IMG/VR virus record: IMGVR_UViG_3300025277_000014 | DNA length: 64,000 nt | Strand: one strand, 5' to 3' | From: an uncultured virus (IMG/VR IMGVR_UViG_3300025277_000014) | Lineage: Duplodnaviria; Heunggongvirae; Uroviricota; Caudoviricetes | Shown: piece by piece, positions 19,108-25,802 of the stretch | How the letters are laid out: each line of letters starts with the position of its first letter | How positions within the stretch are numbered: the first letter of the stretch is position 1 | Translations under genes and position numbers: made by a program | Notes under the pieces: generated by a model | What the model saw: only the letters and a program-made list of their open reading frames with translations | The model's database searches: none | What the model was told of the DNA's origin: nothing

Positions 19108-19248
19108 CTACGGCGACCAGGGAATCGTAGTCCAGTCCACCAGGTTCATGAGCCCAGCAGCCAGCAGGATGGTAAACGCCAGGACCGGCTGCGGGAAGCA
19201 GAGAAATGCGCCAATGTAAACAATTAAAAGAATGTAGAAGTAATGCAA
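19108..19248 (-). CDS. 46-aa membrane protein (TTG start)
   Basis: Hydrophobic HYFYILLIVYIGAFLCFPQPVLAFTILLAAGL; GGAGG RBS. Confidence 0.6.
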   Translation of the reverse strand: MHYFYILLIVYIGAFLCFPQPVLAFTILLAAGLMNLVDWTTIPWSP

Positions 19249-19249
19249 A

Positions 19250-19582
19250 TTAAGTCGCCTCCACCATATCTTCCAGATGACTCCACGCTTCAGCATGCTG
19301 CTGCGGGCTCAGGGTCACCTTAGCACCGTCGTACCAGTCCAGGTACCAGTATTCAATGCGATGGACACTCTTATCCGGATTAATGTAGATCCTGAACTCA
19401 TCGCCAGGGCCTCCCCAGGAGAGCTGCCAACGCCAGTAGCCTTCAAGTTGGTCGTCCCAGGTCTTCGGCTCCACGTAATCAAAGCAAAGCCCCTCCACTG
19501 TCTTGAGATCTTTCAACCTGTCTTCAAATTCTCCTTGAACCAGCTGCGCGCAGCTATGTAAACGTTTTGTACTTGTGTTCAT
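19250..19582 (-). CDS. Early hypothetical protein (WQLSWGGP motif)
   Basis: YWRWQLSWGGPGDEFRIY motif; own promoter. Confidence 0.8.
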   Translation of the reverse strand: MNTSTKRLHSCAQLVQGEFEDRLKDLKTVEGLCFDYVEPKTWDDQLEGYWRWQLSWGGPGDEFRIYINPDKSVHRIEYWYLDWYDGAKVTLSPQQHAEAWSHLEDMVEAT

Positions 19583-19699
19583 TCTTTTCCTTCCTGTTTT
19601 AATGCGTCCTTTTCACGGTATATTAAACGGTTTCTAGAAGCGGACGCAGTCTCCTGGTCTTCAGGCCTAGGCTATTAGTGCTCACCTGATCCTGTTACT

Positions 19700-19728
19700 T
19701 ATATAGTCCCACTTTATCCGTTAGTCAA
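19700..19728 (-). promoter_or_regulatory. Sigma70-type early promoter
   Basis: TTGACT-N11-TGGGAC-TATATA. Confidence 0.75.
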
Positions 19729-19754
19729 GGGTAAAACCAAAAGAACTTCCGTCA

Positions 19755-19835
19755 CCCCAGTCAGCTGCTGCGTGCGTTGAGAGCTCCTTAACTATACTAT
19801 ACTAGCCACCGAAGGCGAGCAATGGACAATGGACA
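19755..19835. repeat. Dual-motif repeat block 3 (1 unit)
   Basis: CAGCTGCTG at 19762, ACTATACTATACTA at 19791, CAATGGACAATGGA at 19820. Confidence 0.85.
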
Positions 19836-19837
19836 AT

Positions 19838-19865
19838 AAAAAAGGCGAGGATTGACCTCGCCTTT
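19838..19865 (-). terminator. Intrinsic terminator
   Basis: AAAGGCGAGG/CCTCGCCTTT stem with a T-run on the minus strand. Confidence 0.8.
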
Positions 19866-19892
19866 AAGGAGTTAATAGTGAAAAAATATTTT

Positions 19893-20111
19893 TTAGTTTT
19901 CGATATAGCCTCCCCCATTTTGAATTTCAGCTTCCCGATTTATTCGGTTGGCTCTGTCTGCTCCCTCTTTCATGGGAGGAACAACAGAATTATAATGCCC
20001 TAGAATCTTTTCCAGCGTTGCATTATTTCTATTGAGAGCTTCGGTAATGCCTTTTAATGTGGCACATACCATGTCCATATTTTCATCAGATAATACCATA
20101 TCTTTCTCCAT
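19893..20111 (-). CDS. Early hypothetical protein
   Basis: 72 aa between promoter and terminator. Confidence 0.7.
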   Translation of the reverse strand: MEKDMVLSDENMDMVCATLKGITEALNRNNATLEKILGHYNSVVPPMKEGADRANRINREAEIQNGGGYIEN

Positions 20112-20129
20112 TTCTGATTATTAGATTTC

Positions 20130-20158
20130 TTTATACTCCCATCTTATCCCATAGTCAA
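20130..20158 (-). promoter_or_regulatory. Sigma70-type early promoter
   Basis: TTGACT-N11-TGGGAG-TATAAA with A-tract upstream. Confidence 0.8.
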
Positions 20159-20179
20159 GTTTTATTTTTTTTATTTTTC

Positions 20180-20716
20180 CTGACTGAAGTGCCAGTCCTG
20201 CACAGGGACCATCCCTGACTATACTACAGTAGAGTGGCGAGAAACTCGGGCAATGGACAATGGAGATCCCTGACCAGCTGCGCGCTGCTGCGTCCGGATC
20301 GTCGCTCATCACCCTTGAAGATGGCGGAAATCAGCCAATGCAAATTCAACAACCACCTGCTTCCCCGGGAGGGACTGGGCTGGGGAGCTGCACCTAAATA
20401 ACAAATAAGTGGCGGAAAACGGCGACAATGCGTAATGGAAATGGACACTTCCCGTGCGGCATCCTGCCTGGTACGCCGGACTCACCTTATACTACCGCAG
20501 TTCGTGGCTGTTTTTCGCCAATGGACAATGGAGAACATCTCCTGACACAGGATGCGCCCGGAAGACCGTCCCATTTTATTACTGACTAGGACTGGGCTGG
20601 GGGAATGGGCAATGCAGAATGGAGGAAGAGGGACGCCAGCTGCTCCCTGGGCCAGGGAACCAGTGGGAATGACCAACTGGGCGTGGCCAATGCGCCTTCG
20701 CTCGCAATGGAATGGA
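20180..20716. repeat. Dual-motif repeat block 4 (about 6 units, last two inside nuclease ORF)
   Basis: CAATG-type boxes at 20251, 20336, 20426, 20519, 20610, 20705; TATACTA boxes at 20218 and 20487. Confidence 0.85.
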
Positions 20717-20999
20717 CAACGGCTCCTGGAAAGACACAGAGTAAGCTCTGAGAGAGGGTCTGGGCCATGATAAAACTTCTGCCACCACGCAAACTATACT
20801 TATAGTTCCACATTATTTGGTGAGGCCGTAAATTAATCTTCTTACTTGTAATTACTTTTAGTTCCACCCAGAAAGGAATGCTGTCTTTTATTCCATGAAC
20901 ATCAGGAACACCAGGTGTAGCCCAATTCTCAAAACGAGTCCAAAATATATCTGGCATATTTTCTTTCATCAAATGCCAAAGTTTAGACTCTGGTTTCAT
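20586..20999 (-). CDS. PD-(D/E)XK nuclease (VRR-NUC/Holliday-junction-resolvase-like)
   Basis: E...TPGVPD...FWVELK...LRPHQ catalytic pattern; start revised to MKPESKLW (TAATG coupling). Confidence 0.82.
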   Translation of the reverse strand: MKPESKLWHLMKENMPDIFWTRFENWATPGVPDVHGIKDSIPFWVELKVITSKKINLRPHQIMWNYKYSLRGGRSFIMAQTLSQSLLCVFPGAVVHSIASEGALATPSWSFPLVPWPREQLASLFLHSALPIPPAQS

Positions 21000-21157
21000 T
21001 AAAAAATTAAAACTAAAATTACAATAATGACAAAAAGTATTTTCCAGCTGCCCCACATCAAAGAAGCAATAATCAACGTCCACCACTCCCTGTCAACATC
21101 AGCAGTTATTTTATCTTTGCAATCCCCTAAAGGAATTGAATCTCTTTTATCTACCAT
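20999..21157 (-). CDS. 52-aa membrane protein
   Basis: GGAGG RBS; hydrophobic C-terminal half. Confidence 0.6.
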   Translation of the reverse strand: MVDKRDSIPLGDCKDKITADVDREWWTLIIASLMWGSWKILFVIIVILVLIF

Positions 21158-21341
21158 GCGCATACCTCCTCTTGTCAATATTCTTGGACAACTCATATAG
21201 TTTATCCGTCCACATAGCACAACCAACTACATCACCTACTAATCCTCTGGCTTTTATCATTTTCTTTAAACGCTTTACACGCCACCAGAATAACACTTCC
21301 TCCTTATCCATAGGGGAAATAATTTTACCATTGGTACTCAT
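21147..21341 (-). CDS. Hypothetical protein
   Basis: Coupled ORF in operon. Confidence 0.6.
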   Translation of the reverse strand: MSTNGKIISPMDKEEVLFWWRVKRLKKMIKARGLVGDVVGCAMWTDKLYELSKNIDKRRYAHGR

Positions 21342-21556
21342 TTACTATTTGCTCCAACAATTTCCTGTGCTTTGGTTAAAGCGTCATTCCAGCCCTTATT
21401 GTATTCACTTGTTTTTTGATCTGCTACCATTTTATCGAGTTCGTCTAGCACATTTTGATATTCCTCCTCTGGTGTATAATCAGCGTGTGCCCAATTAACC
21501 CGAGTATTGGTTTCAAGCATCTCTCTTATTTTTTCAATTATTTCTTTGTCCGTCAT
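21338..21556 (-). CDS. Hypothetical protein
   Basis: GGGAG RBS; first ORF after the 21711 promoter. Confidence 0.7.
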   Translation of the reverse strand: MTDKEIIEKIREMLETNTRVNWAHADYTPEEEYQNVLDELDKMVADQKTSEYNKGWNDALTKAQEIVGANSK

Positions 21557-21710
21557 GACTTTCTCCCTTTTTAATGATGCCTGGCAACAGACTTTGGTCT
21601 AGGCCACCCTTGCAGTTTTATCCTAGCTTCATCTAGCTGGGTGCAAAAAAAGTACCAGGCACCGTGTTTACTGTCTTTTTTTTATATGTGCTACAGCTAC
21701 ACATGATTAG

Positions 21711-21739
21711 TATATACTCCCACTTTATTAGATAGTCAA
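21711..21739 (-). promoter_or_regulatory. Sigma70-type early promoter overlapping terS stop
   Basis: TTGACT-N11-TGGGAG-TATATA. Confidence 0.75.
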
Positions 21740-22284
21740 GACTTTTTTTCAACTTTTTTCATTTCCTTTAAAACCTCGAAATCAGCTGCAATACTGTACT
21801 GTTCTTTAAGCTGTTGCAACTTAGCCTCAACATCATCCCGGCTCATTGAATCAATCGTTCCTGTAAGAATTTCTTTTTTGTCAACATACAATCCTGCGAT
21901 CTGACCTCTCCGAGTCTCTGCCGTCACCGCAGCATTCCAATTCCCTGACGTACTGGCCTGATCCCTAATTCTTGCTAATGTAGAAAGTGATCTTTCCTGT
22001 GTGCATTTGTACCTTTCAACAATGGCCCTTCGCTCATCTTCAATGGCTTTTGCAACCAATGGAAACTTCTGAGGATTCTGCAGCTCCGATGCACGAACCA
22101 CGGCAGATCCTTTTGCGTATCCAGCCTCAATGGCACAATGCATGGCAGTTTTTAATCCCTCAGAATGGACTAACAATATAATAAATTTTCTTTGTTTCCC
22201 TGTAATCTTGGGATCAAACAAAGAATCCGACAAACCAGAGGGAATAGTCACTTCTTTTGTTTCAGTTTGTTTCTGTTGTTCCAT
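21736..22284 (-). CDS. terS: Terminase small subunit
   Basis: ITGKQRKF...AIEAGYA...ASEL HTH pattern; AAVTAETRRGQIAGLYVDKKEI C-terminal region. Confidence 0.8.
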   Translation of the reverse strand: MEQQKQTETKEVTIPSGLSDSLFDPKITGKQRKFIILLVHSEGLKTAMHCAIEAGYAKGSAVVRASELQNPQKFPLVAKAIEDERRAIVERYKCTQERSLSTLARIRDQASTSGNWNAAVTAETRRGQIAGLYVDKKEILTGTIDSMSRDDVEAKLQQLKEQYSIAADFEVLKEMKKVEKKS

Positions 22285-22369
22285 AAAAGCTTATTTATAT
22301 AGGTGTTTTTTACCAGACATTTGCATAAAATGCAAAAAATCAAGCTTTCTGTTTTCGGTTTGCTAAAAA

Positions 22370-22460
22370 GGATACTTTTGGATACCTCTAATAATTGTTA
22401 AAAGTAACCTTTTTTTGGTAGCTGATAAGGGATGACACCTGGATACCTCAGATACCTCTA
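22370..22460. repeat. Cluster of GATACCT-like direct repeats
   Basis: GGATACT 22370, GGATACCTCTA 22380, GACACCT 22434, GGATACCTCA 22441, GATACCTCTA 22451; AT-rich flank. Confidence 0.75.
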
Positions 22461-22521
22461 TTTCTGGTAAAAAATAAAAAAATATTTTTCTCTCAGTAAA
22501 AACAGCTATAGGAAACCCCTA

Positions 22522-22722
22522 TTATGAAAAGAATACGGGATTTTCCCTTACATTCTGTAATAATCTATCTAAAACTTCTCTGCCTTCAGTAAGAATTATT
22601 TCCCACTCATTTTTTGTATAGGCGCGGTCGTGGATAGGGTTGTAAAATTTAATGGATATGGTGCCACACTTAGTGCAGCTAAATATTTTTCTTACCGGGC
22701 TGTTTGGTAGGGATGTTGACAT
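22522..22722 (-). CDS. Small CxxC hypothetical protein
   Basis: CTKC motif; coupled ORF. Confidence 0.6.
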   Translation of the reverse strand: MSTSLPNSPVRKIFSCTKCGTISIKFYNPIHDRAYTKNEWEIILTEGREVLDRLLQNVRENPVFFS

Positions 22723-22906
22723 TTAATCTTCTCACCTTGTGTAATGGAAATGGAATAACATTGTCAGGCAAATCTTTCCTGAAATACACGGTATCCATAA
22801 GTTTAAGAGATTCTTCTCGTTCGCGGTCCGAGAGCCGCGTAGCAAGCATCGTGTCCAACAAATCCCGCTGGGCTATGCTTTCCAAAATTTCCTTGTTACT
22901 TTTCAT
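22679..22906 (-). CDS. Hypothetical protein
   Basis: GGAGG RBS; DNVIPFP motif. Confidence 0.65.
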   Translation of the reverse strand: MKSNKEILESIAQRDLLDTMLATRLSDREREESLKLMDTVYFRKDLPDNVIPFPLHKVRRLNVNIPTKQPGKKNI

Positions 22907-23014
22907 AACGCCTCCTCTAGATACTGCCCCCCGTAAGATTCTTCATCTGAACAGGGGCAGTAAATTAGAAATGAACGGCGTTAGTATAGCCTAAATCCTA
23001 TTTTATTTCAATGG

Positions 23015-23323
23015 CTACATTCCATAGGGGAGACGCCGACGGCATGAATCACAAAACCGATCAAAACGGGAATGGATCTTGAACTCCTTGAGACAGATGT
23101 TGCAGTCCCTTTTCCCGATGACAGGCCCTTTGTAGACTCGGGCCATGTTGTTTTTTCTCGTTGTTTTGGGAGCAGTTCCCCACTTGACGCGAAGCCTGTG
23201 AATCTTTCCAATCACCGCATTCCTGGACATGGTCAGTTTATCGGCGATCTCTCTGGATGAGAGTCCCGTGTCCATCAGGTTTTCCAGGTCTTTTGTTTTC
23301 TCCTCTGACCAGTTCTCTCTCAT
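23015..23323 (-). CDS. gcrA: GcrA-like regulator (HTH plus Zn finger)
   Basis: WSEEKT..L..L..GLSSREIADKL-MSRNAVIGKIHRL matches the GcrA N-terminal HTH; C-terminal CxxC...FCxxC. Confidence 0.78.
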   Translation of the reverse strand: MRENWSEEKTKDLENLMDTGLSSREIADKLTMSRNAVIGKIHRLRVKWGTAPKTTRKNNMARVYKGPVIGKRDCNICLKEFKIHSRFDRFCDSCRRRLPYGM

Positions 23324-23586
23324 GAAGTGTCCCGAAAAGTATTTACGGGATTATGTATGATCCTGAGTTTGCGAAACAAGGTATGATCGAGGCACGGGCC
23401 GTGGTAGTAGGTCGTTGACCACTTGTTCTTCCAGTTCTTATCCTCATACGTTTGGGAAAAAAACTTGTCCGCGGGGACTTCTCCCTTGGAGCTGCAGGCC
23501 TTGCATTGAGCCGTTGTTTTCTCCGCCTCGAACGTGTGCCTGGTGAAGCCATTTCCCTTGCAGTTGGGGCAAATCATCTTTGTCAT
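23320..23586 (-). CDS. DnaJ-type Zn-finger small protein
   Basis: CPNCKGNG and CKACSSKG motifs. Confidence 0.7.
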   Translation of the reverse strand: MTKMICPNCKGNGFTRHTFEAEKTTAQCKACSSKGEVPADKFFSQTYEDKNWKNKWSTTYYHGPCLDHTLFRKLRIIHNPVNTFRDTS

Positions 23587-23741
23587 ATTTCCTTCCTCTC
23601 GTAGCGTTTAAACAGTATGCAATGAATGCGGTCATGTCTCCATCGGTCGGCTACCTGGTTCCAGGTTCGCGGTTCGCGAAGGGCAATCTTGTCCAGCCGA
23701 ACTTTCTCTTTCTCCAGTCTCTGTCGCAGCGTTCTTTTCAT
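23583..23741 (-). CDS. 52-aa basic hypothetical protein (MKRTLRQRLEKEKVRLDKIAL...)
   Basis: AGGAG RBS; ATGA overlap with next gene. Confidence 0.6.
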   Translation of the reverse strand: MKRTLRQRLEKEKVRLDKIALREPRTWNQVADRWRHDRIHCILFKRYERKEI

Positions 23742-23865
23742 TCTTTCTCCTATTGTAGCATCGGATGCAAAACAACAATTCCAGGGATCTGTCCCTTATA
23801 AGGTTCTCCCTGATGTATTCCTTTCCACAATCCTCGCACGGTTGTACTTTATCCTCATCAAACAT
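23632..23865 (-). CDS. Small Zn-finger protein
   Basis: CEDC...CIRC; its C-terminal part overlaps the 23583 ORF. Confidence 0.5.
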   Translation of the reverse strand: MFDEDKVQPCEDCGKEYIRENLIRDRSLELLFCIRCYNRRKNEKNAATETGERESSAGQDCPSRTANLEPGSRPMET

Positions 23866-24127
23866 TGATGACGAGCCTTCGATCGGCGTTCGATCGAGTC
23901 CACTTTGACGATGGCACAATGCTCCACATGATGGAATTGTAGTCCTCGTTGTTGCAAAACTGCTCCAATGACATCTGCGTTCCTATCTTGTATTTTAGCA
24001 TGTGCTTGATGCGCGCCTTGGCGGCGTCCTCGCCGTTAAGGGGAGTGGGGAATGCGAGCCCGTCAACCTTGATGATCGTCATAAAGTCATTCTCATCAAT
24101 CATCCAGGAAATCTTTCCCGCACTCAC
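23858..24127 (-). CDS. Hypothetical protein
   Basis: AGGAG RBS, GTG start overlapping upstream stop. Confidence 0.6.
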   Translation of the reverse strand: MSAGKISWMIDENDFMTIIKVDGLAFPTPLNGEDAAKARIKHMLKYKIGTQMSLEQFCNNEDYNSIMWSIVPSSKWTRSNADRRLVINV

Positions 24128-24276
24128 GCTGCTCTCCTGCGTTGTCGTTTATCTTCTTTTTCCACCAGGTGCGTAATTTGCATTCCAGCGGAGCGGTTGT
24201 CCTTTTGAGCTAGCTTTTTAAGTATGTTGTATGTCTGAACTCGAACAGCCACCGATTTAAATTTTTGAGTATTCAA
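24124..24276 (-). CDS. Ribbon-helix-helix-like DNA-binding protein (start uncertain)
   Basis: FKSVAV beta ribbon, then YNILKKLA helix, RS, and MQITHLVEKE helix. Confidence 0.65.
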   Translation of the reverse strand: MNTQKFKSVAVRVQTYNILKKLAQKDNRSAGMQITHLVEKEDKRQRRRAA

Positions 24277-24277
24277 T

Positions 24278-24586
24278 TTACCCTGCCTTTCTGACATCGA
24301 ACTGATTCTCATCAGGCTCGCTGTCAATTATTTTTTCTGGATCCCCGAAATCTAACACGGGTTGCTCAGGCTCTAGTGCCACCTCTGGGCAAAATTTCCT
24401 TCCAGCATTATGAGCGAGATCACTCCATTGTTTTGCAGCTTCGGCATAAAATGTAGCCATGACTGTATCGCCAAGCTCCCTTGCATCCTTTGCTTGCGCA
24501 TATAAGATTTTAGCCCGCACCAAACGCTGGCCGAGCCTAAAACCCTCCTTGAAGGTGCTCTCAAAATCTTTCTTTAAAAGTGTCAT
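24278..24586 (-). CDS. Hypothetical protein
   Basis: AGGAG RBS; coupled ORF. Confidence 0.65.
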   Translation of the reverse strand: MTLLKKDFESTFKEGFRLGQRLVRAKILYAQAKDARELGDTVMATFYAEAAKQWSDLAHNAGRKFCPEVALEPEQPVLDFGDPEKIIDSEPDENQFDVRKAG

Positions 24587-24855
24587 AACTTTCTCCTTTT
24601 TAACGGTTTCTTTAATGCTTTAGCCAAGTGTCTTTTTCCTGTTCCTTCTGGCATGTTATATTGCATAGGACCCATTCCTCTTTTTTTTGCTAGGTTAGGT
24701 ATATCTACCAATACATCTCTAGGTTTATTAGCTCCTGGTACCATTTCAATAGGTCTGCCATCTGAAGCGTGCGTTTTAGCTATTCTAGTATCATGCTTAA
24801 AAGGTTTTAAAATTTCTTCTGGTTGTTTTTTTCTTCTTCCTAAATGCACACCCAT
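24583..24855 (-). CDS. Basic hypothetical protein (MGVHLGRRKK...)
   Basis: AAGGAG RBS upstream of ATG at 24853-24855. Confidence 0.65.
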   Translation of the reverse strand: MGVHLGRRKKQPEEILKPFKHDTRIAKTHASDGRPIEMVPGANKPRDVLVDIPNLAKKRGMGPMQYNMPEGTGKRHLAKALKKPLKRRKL

Positions 24856-24874
24856 ACTTTCTCCTTTTTTGTTA

Positions 24875-25040
24875 AGTGAGTAGGGGGATTCTTTGACTAC
24901 CCCCAACCTTTTCCCGACAAATCAACATTCCTGAAGATAACGGTACTTCAGTACCACCCCCTGGAATATCAGCCATTTGGCCATACTTTCCAGAAAATGT
25001 GCCTTACAACTTTGTGATTGTTGTTCAGCCATACTCTACT
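24875..25040 (-). ncRNA. Candidate structured non-coding RNA or leader
   Basis: Intergenic; stems ACAAC/GTTGT, CTGGAA/TTCCAG, GGTAC-TGAA-GTACC, GGGGG/CCCCC, 5'AGTAG/3'CTACT. Confidence 0.5.
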
Positions 25041-25078
25041 ACTATGCATAGTAGCTATTTAAATGGGAATCTACAGTA

Positions 25079-25636
25079 CTAAGCTGGCGTTGTCAAGTGG
25101 AAAATAGTGGGATATGTCCTATGCAAGTATGCAACGGTGTCCTTGACCTTGTAGGCGTAGAATGGATCAATGGCATATTGGCGCAAGGCATCCACCACGT
25201 CATCAATGTCCATTTTCCCGGTCATAAACTGTTTTAGTCGCAACTGGCGGTATTCCTTGAAATTGTCATGGGTGTTGAGAAGGGTGATGTAATTGGCCAC
25301 GCTTTCACACTTGTCGTTATAGACCTTTATCAGGACGGTGGGATCATCAAGGGCCTTTATGTGAGGTTTCTCTGGATTAGACTCAATAATACCGTAGAAG
25401 TTATTACCCAATTGAGCAAAGCGTGAGTTACCCCAGTCGGATTCCAGCCCAGCCTGGGCCACACTAATGACAATGACCACACGATGCTCGGGAGGAATGA
25501 CCGCATTAAATGCTTGTGTACACTCCACAATGCCCCTAACGAATTGATCCTGATTGTCATATTTAAAATCAAAATTACTAATAATCGTCTGGCAAAGCAA
25601 CAGCAACGTCACACAGATACCTGAAATAATATTCAT
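25079..25636 (-). CDS. Exported GH73-like glucosaminidase (Bax/FlgJ-like)
   Basis: AQAGLESDWGNSRFA...NNFYGI...YAIDPFY motifs; N-terminal signal or anchor. Confidence 0.82.
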   Translation of the reverse strand: MNIISGICVTLLLLCQTIISNFDFKYDNQDQFVRGIVECTQAFNAVIPPEHRVVIVISVAQAGLESDWGNSRFAQLGNNFYGIIESNPEKPHIKALDDPTVLIKVYNDKCESVANYITLLNTHDNFKEYRQLRLKQFMTGKMDIDDVVDALRQYAIDPFYAYKVKDTVAYLHRTYPTIFHLTTPA

Positions 25637-25802
25637 ATTTTACAAATTTACACTTTATCCGGGACAAAGTACAACACACTTTACCGTGTGAATGCTCTTT
25701 TTTATTGTATTCTTGTTAAGGTGTAAATAGTGTCAATCTATGGAAGAAACAATCAAGATCCTGTCAGACATGACGAAAAGGGACGTGGAGAGACTATCTA
25801 CT

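Noticed and set aside
19595..19680. Hammerhead ribozyme (CTGAAGA...GAAA on the minus strand)
   Set aside because: Stems I and III and the cleavage triplet cannot be paired properly.
17960..20716. CRISPR array
   Set aside because: Conserved boxes are only 9-14 nt and degenerate, spacers are related to each other, and no cas genes are present.
17960..20716. Canonical TIGR-Tas array
   Set aside because: Units are 70-95 nt rather than about 36 nt, there are no box C/D motifs, and I recognise no Nop-domain protein.
17960..20788. ORF-track calls over the repeat blocks (17960..18223, 18763..18945, 20121..20312, 20224..20448, 20482..20676, 20552..20770, 20579..20788)
   Set aside because: They translate repeat DNA, cross promoters or terminators, and lack convincing RBS or protein motifs.
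24875..25040. tRNA gene
   Set aside because: No T-loop GTTCRA, acceptor stem or CCA; retained only as a candidate ncRNA. I saw no tRNA elsewhere but did not run a scan.
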